Numbered from the stretch's first letter, positions 14,348-24,197 are shown. The stretch: 64,000 nt of DNA from Acidimicrobiia bacterium (GCA_036555105.1 DATBMA010000062.1:7063-71062), one strand, 5' to 3'. Numbers and translations are program-made. Notes: generated by a model from the letters alone, not told the origin.

Positions 14348-15680
14348 TCGTCGGCTCGGCGCAGCAGAACCAAGGCTCGGTCAGGTGCGGCCCGGCAGGT
14401 CCGGCCTCCAGCACCGGCGGCGACGGGCGAAGGGCGGCCGCTGCCGCCTGCGACCACATCTCAGCGAGGGTGTCGGCGGGTGGGTGTCCGCCTGCACCCT
14501 CCTCAGCGAGGCGCGCCGCCTCAGCCTGCAGCGCGTCGACCATCGGGTCGGCAGCGGACCAGGTGTGAGTCAGGGAACGGTGGTCGTACGGCCCGAGGTG
14601 CGGTTGCATTTCGGGCAAGCCCAGCAACAGTGATCCGTCCGGGACCAGCAGCCTGATGCTGAGCTGGACGGGGTCGGTGGCGCCGAACAGCCGGTGTCTT
14701 TGGAGGAACTCGAAGATGTCGGCGACGTCGGCCGGAGTAGTCCATGGCGTGTATGGCAGCCACGAAGGTCGCACCTCCGCTCCGGCACAGCGCACCAGAT
14801 CGACCACCTCGCTCATGTCGCTCGCCGTGTGCCCCTTGTCGAGGAGACCGAGGATGCGGCCATTGGTTGACTCGAAGGCGGATACGACGAAGACGAGCCC
14901 CTTGTCGACCATTCCGGGAAGGACATCGCGATGGGCCAGCAGGTGCTCGACCTTGGCGGTGATGTCGAAGGTGAGGCCGGGGAAGGAGGCGTGGAGCTCG
15001 TCGACCACGTGCTGGGAGTGAGCGGGCCCGTTGAGGAAGTCGGGATCGCCGAAAGTGACGTGGCGCGCCCCCATCGCCACGAGCTGGGAGATGTCGGCCA
15101 ACAACGACTCGCGGTCGACGATTCGGAATCGGCCGTCGTATACGGACGGCACCGGACAGTGCCTGCATCGATGCCGGCATCCGCGGGAGGCCTCGACATA
15201 GGCGGCCACTCGCTCCTCCCCGTCGATCGAGAGGCGGGCATAACCGTCGAGGGGCGGAAGGAGATTGCGGGCAGGGACCACCGATTCGTGCAAACCGATT
15301 TCGACGGTGAGCCCGGAACCGGTTCCGGCCGGCCAGGCGGCCAGGTCGTCGACGTATTCCCCGGCGATGAGGCGGTCGGCGAGCCCCGCCAGGGTGCGAT
15401 CTGCCCCGACCGCGGCATAGAGGCCGTAGAAGGCGATGGGCAGGTCGGGCCGGGATAGGCGGAGACCGACGGCCACCTCCACCCCCAAGCGCATTGCCGT
15501 GTGCATCGGGACCGAGATCGCCGCCGCCTCGGCCCATCCGGCCAGATCGGAGGGCAAGGGCTCCACGGCCAGGTCGCAGCATCGAACTTCATGCCCCTCC
15601 ATCAGCAGACGGGCCGCCGGCGCCGCCACGTGCAGCGGCTGGTGGCCGAGCTCGTAGGTGGAGATGAGGGCTATACGCAT
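14316..15680 (-). CDS. B12-binding-domain radical SAM protein with a C-terminal CCAEP tail (CUAEP/CCAEP-tail family).
   Basis: The N-terminal MRIALISTYELGHQP resembles a B12-binding-domain start. It has the radical SAM motif CRHRCRHC (C-x3-C-x2-C), and the extreme C-terminus reads EPWFCCAEPTISQLQLVGRG. Confidence 0.7.
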   Translation of the reverse strand: MRIALISTYELGHQPLHVAAPAARLLMEGHEVRCCDLAVEPLPSDLAGWAEAAAISVPMHTAMRLGVEVAVGLRLSRPDLPIAFYGLYAAVGADRTLAGLADRLIAGEYVDDLAAWPAGTGSGLTVEIGLHESVVPARNLLPPLDGYARLSIDGEERVAAYVEASRGCRHRCRHCPVPSVYDGRFRIVDRESLLADISQLVAMGARHVTFGDPDFLNGPAHSQHVVDELHASFPGLTFDITAKVEHLLAHRDVLPGMVDKGLVFVVSAFESTNGRILGLLDKGHTASDMSEVVDLVRCAGAEVRPSWLPYTPWTTPADVADIFEFLQRHRLFGATDPVQLSIRLLVPDGSLLLGLPEMQPHLGPYDHRSLTHTWSAADPMVDALQAEAARLAEEGAGGHPPADTLAEMWSQAAAAALRPSPPVLEAGPAGPHLTEPWFCCAEPTISQLQLVGRG

Positions 15681-15688
15681 CTGGTGAG

Positions 15689-16618
15689 ATGGTACGGGCG
15701 CCGCGGTACTGTGAGCAGGTGCCTGGAACCTTCTGGCCCCTCAGCACCGGGCCGGTATACGTCGAGGACGAGGGCCAAGGGATCCCGATCGTCTGTGTGC
15801 ACGGGCTGGGCGGGTCCCACCTCAACTGGCGCCCGGCGGCCAAGGCCCTTGGCCAGATCGGGAGGGTGATTGCCCTCGACCTGCCAGGATTCGGGTACTC
15901 CCCTCCTGGCCGGCGCTCAACCATCGGCGCGTACGTCGACACCGTCACAGAGCTCATAGCCGGCCTCGGGCGCCCGGCCCTGCTGATCGGCAACTCGATG
16001 GGCGGAGTGGTGGCCCTGGAGACCGCCTACCGCTCACCGCAGCTCATCGAAGGCCTGGTCTTGATCAATCCCGCCCTTCCCTTGGCGCCGGGAGCCAGGG
16101 ACATCGACCGGGAGACCGCCCCCCGGCTCCTGATCCAGTCGATCCCGGTGGTCGGCACCAGGATGGTGGCCCGGTACCTCGAAGGGACCACCCCGGAGGT
16201 CCAGGTGTGGGACGCCCTGGGAGTGGTCTGCGCCAATCGGGATCGGGTCCCCATGACCGTGCTCACCGAGGGCACCAGGTTCGCCGCGATGCGGAGGCGC
16301 CAGCCGTGGACGGCAGCCACCCATGCTCGGTCGGCCAGGTCAACGGCGCTCAGGCTGTTCAGGCGCAGGCACATGCTCGACCAGCTGGCGGCCGTGCAGC
16401 CGCCGACGCTGGTGATCTTCGGCGCCAAGGATCGCATCATCCCTCCCTCGTCTCACCGGCGGGTGCGAGAGCTCCGCCCTGACTGGACCGTGCTCGAAAT
16501 CAAGGACTGCGGCCACTGTCCTCAGATCGAAGACCCGGAAATGACCGCGGATCTGATCCGAACGTGGTGGGACGAGAGCGGAGCGAAGGTGCCAGAGGGG
16601 AATGCAGCGGCCGGCTGA
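15689..16618 (+). CDS. Alpha/beta-fold hydrolase.
   Basis: It has HGLGGSHLNW and a GNSMGG nucleophile elbow (GxSxG). It is 309 aa long. An in-frame GTG at 15719 is an alternative start. Confidence 0.75.
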   Translation: MVRAPRYCEQVPGTFWPLSTGPVYVEDEGQGIPIVCVHGLGGSHLNWRPAAKALGQIGRVIALDLPGFGYSPPGRRSTIGAYVDTVTELIAGLGRPALLIGNSMGGVVALETAYRSPQLIEGLVLINPALPLAPGARDIDRETAPRLLIQSIPVVGTRMVARYLEGTTPEVQVWDALGVVCANRDRVPMTVLTEGTRFAAMRRRQPWTAATHARSARSTALRLFRRRHMLDQLAAVQPPTLVIFGAKDRIIPPSSHRRVRELRPDWTVLEIKDCGHCPQIEDPEMTADLIRTWWDESGAKVPEGNAAAG

Positions 16619-16630
16619 TAGGCTCGGCGA

Positions 16631-19354
16631 ATGACGGACCCCGGCGAATCGCGCCGGACCCTTCCCGACGAGTTCGTACACCAGCTCACCGACAACGACC
16701 CGGTCGAGACGCAGGAATGGATCGACTCGCTCGATCAGGTGGTGTCGGCCCACGGGCCGGTGCGGGCGCGCTACCTGCTTGCCAAGCTGCTCGAACGCGC
16801 TCACCAGACCAACCTCGGCATCCCACCCACCATCACCACGCCTTATGTGAACTCGATCCCGCCGGAGGAGGAGCCCGAGTACCCGGGTGACACCGACCTC
16901 GAGCAACAGATCCGGCGCTACATCCGCTGGAACGCGGCAGTGATGGTGGTCAAGGCCAACCACGCCGAGAAGGGCATCGGCGGCCACCTCTCCACCTTTG
17001 CCTCATCCGCCACTTTGTACGAGGTGGGCTTCAACCACTTCTTCCGCGGCAAGGCCGACGGCAGCCCGGGCGACCACGTCTATTTCCAGGGCCACGCCGT
17101 GCCAGGCGTATATGCCCGCGCATTCCTGGAGCGGCGGCTCGATGAAGGACAGCTGGACAACTTCCGATTTGAGATCGGCGGCAACGGGCTGTCGTCATAC
17201 CCCCACCCACGGCTGATGCCCGACTTCTGGGAGTTCCCAACCGTCTCCATGGGCCTGGGCCCGATCAACTCCATCTACCACGCCCGCTTCAACCGCTATC
17301 TCCACAATCGCGGAATCGACGACACCTCCGACTCCAAGGTCTGGTGCTTCCTCGGCGACGGCGAGACCGACGAGCCGGAGACGTTGGGAGCGATCGGACT
17401 GGCAGCCAGGGAGCGGCTCGACAACCTCATATGGGTGGTCAACTGCAATCTCCAGCGCCTTGACGGGCCGGTGCGGGGCAACGGGAAGATCATCCAGGAG
17501 CTCGAGGCCGTGTTCCGAGGGGCCGGGTGGAACGTCATCAAGGTGATCTGGGGATCTGGCTGGGATCCGCTGCTCGCCGCCGACAAGGACGGCGCCCTCG
17601 TCCAGGTGATGACCGACACCGTCGACGGCGAGTACCAGCGATACAAGGCGGAGGATGGGGCCTTCGTCCGCGAGCGCTTCTTCGGCAAGGACCCCCGCAC
17701 CCTGGCCTTGGTGGAGAAATGGACCGACGACGAGATCTGGGCACTGCGACGCGGCGGGCTGGACTTCCGCAAGGTGTACTCGGCTTATCGCCTGGCCAGT
17801 GAGATGACCGAGGCGCCGACGGTCGTGCTGGCCAAGACCATCAAGGGCTGGACGCTCGGCCCTGACGTGGAAGGGCGCAACGCCACCCATCAAATCAAGG
17901 AGCTCACCAACCAGCAGCTGATGCAGCTGCGAACCCGGCTCCACCTCGAGAACGAGATCCCGGCCGAGGCGCTCGAAGGGGACCGCGAGCCACCCTACTT
18001 CCGGCCGCCGGAGGACTCCCCCGAGTTCCAGTACCTGCAGGAGAGGCGCAAGATCCTCAACGGCAGCGTGCCCACCAGGGTGGTCCGCACCCGGCGGCCG
18101 ATGACCCTGCCGGGGCCGGAGCCGTTCGCCGACATCTACGCGGGAAGCGACAAGGTGGACGCCTCCACCACTACGGCCTTCACACGCCTCGTGCGCAACC
18201 TGTCGAGAGTGGAGGGATTCGGGGACCGGGTGGTTCCAATCGTCCCTGACGAGGCCCGCACCTTCGGCATGGACTCATTGTTCAAGGAGCTGAAGATCTA
18301 CGCCTCGCAAGGCCAGCTGTACGAGCCGGTCGACGCCAAGATGGTCCTCTCCTACAGCGAGTCGCGCGACGGCCAGATCCTCGAAGAAGGGATAACCGAG
18401 GCCGGCTCCACCGCCAGCTGGATTGCCGCCGCCACCTCCTACGCGGTGCGGGGCGTCCCAATGGTCCCGTTCTTCATCTTCTATTCGATGTTCGGCTTCC
18501 AGCGGGTCGGGGACCTGCTGTGGGGCGCGGGCGACGCCAGAGCCCGCGGCTTTCTCCTCGGCGCCACCGCCGGCAGGACCACCCTCCAGGGTGAGGGGCT
18601 CCAGCACCAGGACGGCCACAGCCTGATCCTCTCCTCCACCAATCCAGCCTGTGAGTCATACGACCCCGCCTTCGCATACGAGGTGGGGGTGGTCGTCGAG
18701 CGGGGGCTGCAGCGCATGTACGGGGCAGAACCCGAGGACGTCTTCTTCTACGTCACTCTCTACAACGAGAACTTCCGACAGCCGCCCAAGCCCGACGGTG
18801 TCGACCAGGGTGTGGTCGACGGCCTCTACCGCTTCGCTGCCGCCCCGGAGGGCACGAACCTGGGCGCTGCCCTTCTGTTCTCCGGCTCGGCCAACCTGGC
18901 CGCGAGGGAGGCGGCCGCGGTGCTGGCCAACGAGTACGGGGTGGGCGTGGAGTTGTGGTCGGCAACCTCCTATCAACGCCTGCGCCGCGAGGCGATGGAG
19001 GCAGAGCGATGGAATCGCCTCCACCCAGGGCTGCCCCCGCGGGTGCCGATGGTGACCAGGCTGCTCTCCCACGTTCAAGGCCCGGTCGTCGCGGTGACTG
19101 ACTTCATGCACATGGTCCCCGACCAGGTCGGCCGCTGGGTCCCCGGCGGGCTGGCCACCCTGGGCACGGACGGCTACGGCAGGTCCGACAGTCGCGCCCG
19201 GCTGCGCCGATTCTTCGAGGTCGACGCCCCCCATGTCACGGTGGCGGTGTTGGCCTCCCTGGCGGCCGCCGGGAGCCTCGAGCCTGCGGTCGTCCACGAT
19301 GCCATCACCCGTTACGGAATCGACCCCGAGACGGCGCCTCCCTGGCTGCGCTGA
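16631..19354 (+). CDS. aceE: Pyruvate dehydrogenase E1 component, homodimeric type.
   Basis: It is 907 aa long. It has an AceE-like N-terminus (DNDPVETQEWIDSLD), and the TPP-binding and transketolase-like regions are conserved throughout. Confidence 0.9.
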   Translation: MTDPGESRRTLPDEFVHQLTDNDPVETQEWIDSLDQVVSAHGPVRARYLLAKLLERAHQTNLGIPPTITTPYVNSIPPEEEPEYPGDTDLEQQIRRYIRWNAAVMVVKANHAEKGIGGHLSTFASSATLYEVGFNHFFRGKADGSPGDHVYFQGHAVPGVYARAFLERRLDEGQLDNFRFEIGGNGLSSYPHPRLMPDFWEFPTVSMGLGPINSIYHARFNRYLHNRGIDDTSDSKVWCFLGDGETDEPETLGAIGLAARERLDNLIWVVNCNLQRLDGPVRGNGKIIQELEAVFRGAGWNVIKVIWGSGWDPLLAADKDGALVQVMTDTVDGEYQRYKAEDGAFVRERFFGKDPRTLALVEKWTDDEIWALRRGGLDFRKVYSAYRLASEMTEAPTVVLAKTIKGWTLGPDVEGRNATHQIKELTNQQLMQLRTRLHLENEIPAEALEGDREPPYFRPPEDSPEFQYLQERRKILNGSVPTRVVRTRRPMTLPGPEPFADIYAGSDKVDASTTTAFTRLVRNLSRVEGFGDRVVPIVPDEARTFGMDSLFKELKIYASQGQLYEPVDAKMVLSYSESRDGQILEEGITEAGSTASWIAAATSYAVRGVPMVPFFIFYSMFGFQRVGDLLWGAGDARARGFLLGATAGRTTLQGEGLQHQDGHSLILSSTNPACESYDPAFAYEVGVVVERGLQRMYGAEPEDVFFYVTLYNENFRQPPKPDGVDQGVVDGLYRFAAAPEGTNLGAALLFSGSANLAAREAAAVLANEYGVGVELWSATSYQRLRREAMEAERWNRLHPGLPPRVPMVTRLLSHVQGPVVAVTDFMHMVPDQVGRWVPGGLATLGTDGYGRSDSRARLRRFFEVDAPHVTVAVLASLAAAGSLEPAVVHDAITRYGIDPETAPPWLR

Positions 19355-19410
19355 CCAGGGCTTTCTTCTCAGGTTTGGTCCTTCAGACCCACTAACCCGG
19401 GCCTCTCGCC

Positions 19411-21504
19411 GTGCCGATAAAGGAATCGGTCACGAGGAGGGCTGCCGGCCTGGCTGCACCCGAGCTCCATACGCCCGAGCGGTGGCGCTCCCGAAGGGGA
19501 GCGGCCGCGCTTTTGCGCGCCTGTGTCTTCCTGCTCCCGCTGGGTGCCGGCTACCTCGCCGGAAGGATCGTCTCGGCTTCCCTGCCTGAGCCGAGCTCGG
19601 TCGCCGAGACAGTGGGATGGTGGGTTCTGGTCCTCGCCTCCGCCGCCGTGGCCGGCCATTTCGCCGACCGGCTGGGACGCCGACTCCTCCCGCTCACGGT
19701 CCTGCTGCGGATGACCATGCTCTTCCCCGACCAGGCCCCTTCCCGCCTGCGCATCGCCCAGCAGGCCGGCAACGTCACCGAGCTCAAGCGCCGTATCCAC
19801 GAGTCCCTCGAACAGGGCAACAACGACATGGCGGCTACCTCCGAGCTGATCCTGTCACTGGCCGGTGCGCTCAGCGCTCATGACCGCAAGACCCGCGGAC
19901 ACTCGGAGCGGACCCGCGCATACGCCGACCTCCTGGCCGAGCAGATGCGAATCCCCGACGATGGGCGGGACCGGCTGCGGTGGGCAGCCCTGCTCCACGA
20001 CGTCGGCAAGCTGGAGATACCGGGCGAGATCCTCAACAAGAACGGCCCGCTATCGGAGGATGAGTGGGAGCTGGTCAGCAAGCACCCGATCCATGGAATG
20101 CGGCTGATCGCTCCCCTGGCCGAATGGCTCGGCCCCTGGGCGCAGACCATCGAGCATCACCACGAGCGCTGGGATGGCTCCGGCTATCCATACGGGCTGG
20201 TCGGAATCGACATCGCGCTGGGGGCGCGCATCGTCTCTGTGGCCGACGCATACGACGTGATCACCACCGGCCGCTCGTATCAGAGCAAGGTCGACCACGC
20301 TTCGGCCCGGGCCGAGATCGCGAAGCACTCTGGAACCCAATTCGACCCCACTGTGGTGCGGGCGCTGATGAACCTGAACCTGACCAAGATGAGATGGGCC
20401 ACCGGGCCGTTGGCGGCCCTGGCCGAGTTTCCTTTGCTACGGCCCCTGCAGTCGCTCGGTCGCGATGTCTCCACGCTGCTGTCGGCAGCGGCGGTTGTGG
20501 GAGCGGCCGGGCTGGCGGGCGTGGCCGCGGCTCCGATCCTGCCGCCCCCGCCGGTGGTCGCCGCCGAAGCTCCCTCGACCTCCACCACCCAGACGACATC
20601 GGCCGCGGTCGGCACCACCATCCCCGGGCCCGGCACCACCCTCGACTCGACCACCACCTCCCAGGCCGAGGGGCCGACGACGACCACCTTCGTCGAGCCG
20701 ACCGTCACCCAGCCGGGATCCACCACCCAGCCTCCGACCACTACCACCACTGAGCCCACCACGACCAGCCAGCCGACCACCACCTCCACCACCCAGCCTT
20801 CAACCACGACCACCACCCAGCCGACCACCACCTCGACCACCCAGCCATCCACCACCACCACCACCCAGCCTCCCACCACGACCACCACCCAGCCCGGCAA
20901 CCACCCGCCCAATGCCGTGAACGACACCGCCACCACTCAGACCGGGCGAAGGGTCGACATCCCGGTGCTGGCCAACGACAGCGACCCGGACGGGGACCCG
21001 ATCACGATCAGGCCGCCGCTGGGCAGCCCTCAGCACGGGACCGTATCCCTACGCAATAACGGAACCGTCGTCCGCTACCGACCTGCCCAGGGTTTCGCCG
21101 GCAGCGACAGCTTCGGTTACACGGTTTGCGATTCCCACAACGCCTGTTCCACGACGACCGTGGCGGTAACGGTCACGCCCAACGGACAGCCTCCGAATGC
21201 CCAACCCGATTCAGCATCGGTATCCCCGGGAGAATCGGTCTGGATACAGGTCCTGCGCAACGACTCCGACCCGAACGGGGACCTGAACAACAACAGCCTC
21301 ACGATCACGGTGCCACCCCCTGCCGGGCAGGGCAATGCGGTGGTCAGCAACAGTTGGAGTCGCTGTGGCCGAGGCAATGGAGTGCGGCCCTGCATCCGCT
21401 ACACGGCGCCGCCGCTTTTCACCGGGACCGTGGTGTTCACATATCGAGTGTGTGACTTCGGTGGCAACTGTTCGACGGCAACGGTGACTGTCACCGTCTC
21501 CTGA
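19411..21504 (+). CDS. HD-GYP phosphodiesterase with two N-terminal TM helices, a third TM helix, and a C-terminal Thr/Pro-rich linker plus two cadherin-like/VCBS-like repeat domains.
   Basis: It has the HD-GYP signatures HDVGKLEIP and HHERWDGSGYPYGL. After residue about 330 there is a TM segment (LLSAAAVVGAAGLAGVAAAPILPPP), then a TTTQP repeat region, then VNDTATTQTGRRVDIPVLANDSDPDGDPITI and a second LRNDSDPNGD-containing repeat. Confidence 0.75.
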   Translation: MPIKESVTRRAAGLAAPELHTPERWRSRRGAAALLRACVFLLPLGAGYLAGRIVSASLPEPSSVAETVGWWVLVLASAAVAGHFADRLGRRLLPLTVLLRMTMLFPDQAPSRLRIAQQAGNVTELKRRIHESLEQGNNDMAATSELILSLAGALSAHDRKTRGHSERTRAYADLLAEQMRIPDDGRDRLRWAALLHDVGKLEIPGEILNKNGPLSEDEWELVSKHPIHGMRLIAPLAEWLGPWAQTIEHHHERWDGSGYPYGLVGIDIALGARIVSVADAYDVITTGRSYQSKVDHASARAEIAKHSGTQFDPTVVRALMNLNLTKMRWATGPLAALAEFPLLRPLQSLGRDVSTLLSAAAVVGAAGLAGVAAAPILPPPPVVAAEAPSTSTTQTTSAAVGTTIPGPGTTLDSTTTSQAEGPTTTTFVEPTVTQPGSTTQPPTTTTTEPTTTSQPTTTSTTQPSTTTTTQPTTTSTTQPSTTTTTQPPTTTTTQPGNHPPNAVNDTATTQTGRRVDIPVLANDSDPDGDPITIRPPLGSPQHGTVSLRNNGTVVRYRPAQGFAGSDSFGYTVCDSHNACSTTTVAVTVTPNGQPPNAQPDSASVSPGESVWIQVLRNDSDPNGDLNNNSLTITVPPPAGQGNAVVSNSWSRCGRGNGVRPCIRYTAPPLFTGTVVFTYRVCDFGGNCSTATVTVTVS

Positions 21505-21519
21505 CCCTACGATCGGTCG

Positions 21520-22311
21520 GTGCGCGCCGGCTACGACCGACTCCCGTTCGACCAGGTGAAGGATGATGCCCGCGACTGGGTCTCATTCGAGGACCCCGAC
21601 TTCGAGCGCACGTGGATCTTCGACGCCACTTTTCTCACCTCCAACTGGAAGTGCATCTACGGAGCCGGCTGCCTAGGCATCCTCCCTTACGCAGCTCCCG
21701 AAAAGGCATTGGGATGCTGCCACCTCGGCGCCTACCTGACGGACGGCAAGGACGCACGCCGGGTTGAGAAGGCGGCCGCCAGGCTCACCCCCGAGCAGTG
21801 GCAGCACATCCCGGCACCAGACAAGAGCCCGCTCCGCAATCGTCCTGGTGGGGACCGCAGCACCCGGGTGGTGGACGGCGCCTGCATCTTCCTCAACCGG
21901 CCCGGCTTTGCAGGTGGCACGGGCTGTGCCCTTCACATCGGGGCCGTGGCCGCCGGGGAGGAACCGCACACCTGGAAGCCAACCACCTGCTGGCAGCTGC
22001 CCTTGCGCCTCGAAGACACGGTCGACGACAACGGGTGGATGACCTCGATCGTGCGCGAGTGGCGGAGCCGTGACTTCGGGCCGGGCGGCGAGGAGTTCAA
22101 CTGGTGGTGCACGGAGTCACCACTCGCCTTCGTGGGGGCGACTCCGGTCTATGTCGGCTTGCGAGCGGAGCTGGTGGAGATGATTGGTCCGCGTGTGTAC
22201 GAGATGCTGGCTGCCAAGCTGCGCCGCCCGCAGCTGCTACCCCATCCGATGATGCGCAACGGTCACACCAGTCCGCCGGCCAAGGCCCCCAATCCCAGAA
22301 CCACCGCGTAG
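21520..22311 (+). CDS. Conserved hypothetical cysteine-rich protein.
   Basis: It has a GTG start and 263 aa. It carries about 9 Cys in clustered pairs (CIYGAGC, GCCH, ACIFLNRPGFAGGTGC, TCW, WWC). I could not assign a family from memory. Confidence 0.4.
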   Translation: MRAGYDRLPFDQVKDDARDWVSFEDPDFERTWIFDATFLTSNWKCIYGAGCLGILPYAAPEKALGCCHLGAYLTDGKDARRVEKAAARLTPEQWQHIPAPDKSPLRNRPGGDRSTRVVDGACIFLNRPGFAGGTGCALHIGAVAAGEEPHTWKPTTCWQLPLRLEDTVDDNGWMTSIVREWRSRDFGPGGEEFNWWCTESPLAFVGATPVYVGLRAELVEMIGPRVYEMLAAKLRRPQLLPHPMMRNGHTSPPAKAPNPRTTA

Positions 22312-24197
22312 GCGAGCAGTCCGCCGACCACCACCCCCCACCGCAGCCAGGCGGGTAGCTTGGAGCGGCCGAAGACGAAATAGATGATCGGCCCCAGGAG
22401 GGGGACGAGCAGGATCACCGCCAGCCAGCCGACCACCCGCCAACCACTGCGACCGGACTGGGCCAGATCGATCAGGGCGATGGCGAGCCATGCTGCGTAG
22501 AGAGCCACCGGCAAGAAGTAGCCGAACACCTCGAAGAACGTCGAGGTGGCCGAGCCGAGCACCATCCCGAACACAGTAACCACGGGCGCCTGGTCGGCTA
22601 CCAGCCCGGCAGGCATGGGCGGGACCGAGACCGCCGCCAGGTCGACCACGGCCCCGGCAAAGACCGACACCGCCGGATGCACAGCGGCAAACTCGATATC
22701 CGGCATCGGCTCCTGCAGCCCGGGAGTCGGAGCACTCCCCACCGGGTTGTCGGGTGCCCGTCCGAGGTTGGTGTCTGCAAAGCGACCCGCCAACTCCATC
22801 AAGGCCGCCAGCTCGTACTTGACCGGCAGCCGCAGCCCGGTGCAGCCGTGCACAAGTTGCAGCCCTGGCGGGAGGCTGGTCGCAGCCTGGTTGTCACTGA
22901 AGCAGTTGCCGTCCCCGGCCGGCCCTGCCATGGCCAGATCCGCCCGGCCAGAGCCTTCGACCAGATTCCCCTCGACCCGGTTGTCCGAGCTGGTCCAGAA
23001 GTTCTTGTCGAGGATCGGGGTGACGATGATCCCGTTGCCCTGGTGGTTCACCACGCGGTTGCGGATCACCTGTGACCCGTTGCTGCCGGCCAGGACGATG
23101 CCGTTGCCGAACCCGGCCCACTCCCACGCCTTCATCGGCGCTTCCAGGTTGTCGTTGTCGTGCACGAGATTGCCCGCGATCACCACCTCCTGGGATGGAG
23201 GCAGTAGCTCGGAGTCGAGGGTGTTGGGAACGATGCCGGCCCCATTGAACCGGAAGACCGACTCCACGATGTAGATGTCACCCGACGAGTTGGTCCCCGA
23301 GTAGCCGAGCCCGTTCCACTCCGAGATCACATCTCGAATCATCGCCCGGCACGGGTTGCACTGGCCGACATAGAAGCCAGAGTCGGGCGAGCCCGAGGCA
23401 TAGGAGTGCTCGAACAATCCCTCCGACGCGTCGAAGGCATAGATGCCGTAGTCGCCGTTGTCGATGGCCGTCACGTAGGACGCCCGGTAGCCGACCACCC
23501 GGCTCCAGTAGATGCCGTTCAGGTCGGCGTTGCGGACCGTCAGATTCTCGACCGCCACCCCGTCGGCGAACACGTCGATTGCGTTCTCATGACCGTCAGC
23601 GTCGATTACCACCTCATTGCGGTCCGTGCCTCTTATCACCAGTCCCGGGGTGCCGACTTCCACCCCTTCCCGGTATACCCCTGGCGCGATCAGGATCAGA
23701 TCACCTGGCTCGGCGGCGTCGACCGCCGCCTGAATGGTGGGATACTCGTCGGGGACGTTGCGGGTCTCGCCGGACCAGCCTGCGGGAGCCTGGCTATGGG
23801 CGGCGCCCTGGGCGGCAGCCGAGGCATCGGGGTCCCCCACGATCACCTTGCCGGCCATCCCGCTGCCGTAGGCGGTGCCGTGGAACGTGCAGAAGAACTC
23901 GTACTGGCCCGGCTGGTCAAAAGTGACGGCGGCTGCGTCTCCGTCCAGTTGATTCAGGCTCCCGAACGAGTCCTCGGTGCTCCATGAGCCGTCTGAGGCG
24001 ACCGCATTGTGAGGGTTGCGGCCCGCCCCGACAAATGTGACGGTGCCCCCCACCGGGACATGCACCTCGGCGGGGCCGAAGCTGTTGTCGAGCATCTCGA
24101 CCACCGCATCACCGGTGGCCTGGCTCTCGGCGCAGGCCCCCAAAGCCAATGCCGTCACCGGCAGCAGCAAGAGCCACCACCGGCCGTGCCGGGTCAC
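22263..24197 (-). CDS. Predicted lipoprotein with a type-1 copper (cupredoxin) domain, a NosD-like right-handed beta-helix domain and a C-terminal membrane-embedded PLDc_N-like segment.
   Basis: The start was set at GTG 24197, which overlaps the coxG stop as GTGA and is in frame with the track ORF. It has a signal/lipobox-like RWWLLLLPVTALALGAC, a cupredoxin ligand pattern CTFHGTAYGSGM, parallel beta-helix repeats (NLTVRNADLNGIYW..., VISEWNGLGYSG..., NLVHDNDN) and a C-terminal LAVILLVPLLGPIIYFVFGRS (PLDc_N-like). Confidence 0.65.
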   Translation of the reverse strand: MTRHGRWWLLLLPVTALALGACAESQATGDAVVEMLDNSFGPAEVHVPVGGTVTFVGAGRNPHNAVASDGSWSTEDSFGSLNQLDGDAAAVTFDQPGQYEFFCTFHGTAYGSGMAGKVIVGDPDASAAAQGAAHSQAPAGWSGETRNVPDEYPTIQAAVDAAEPGDLILIAPGVYREGVEVGTPGLVIRGTDRNEVVIDADGHENAIDVFADGVAVENLTVRNADLNGIYWSRVVGYRASYVTAIDNGDYGIYAFDASEGLFEHSYASGSPDSGFYVGQCNPCRAMIRDVISEWNGLGYSGTNSSGDIYIVESVFRFNGAGIVPNTLDSELLPPSQEVVIAGNLVHDNDNLEAPMKAWEWAGFGNGIVLAGSNGSQVIRNRVVNHQGNGIIVTPILDKNFWTSSDNRVEGNLVEGSGRADLAMAGPAGDGNCFSDNQAATSLPPGLQLVHGCTGLRLPVKYELAALMELAGRFADTNLGRAPDNPVGSAPTPGLQEPMPDIEFAAVHPAVSVFAGAVVDLAAVSVPPMPAGLVADQAPVVTVFGMVLGSATSTFFEVFGYFLPVALYAAWLAIALIDLAQSGRSGWRVVGWLAVILLVPLLGPIIYFVFGRSKLPAWLRWGVVVGGLLAYAVVLGLGALAGGLV

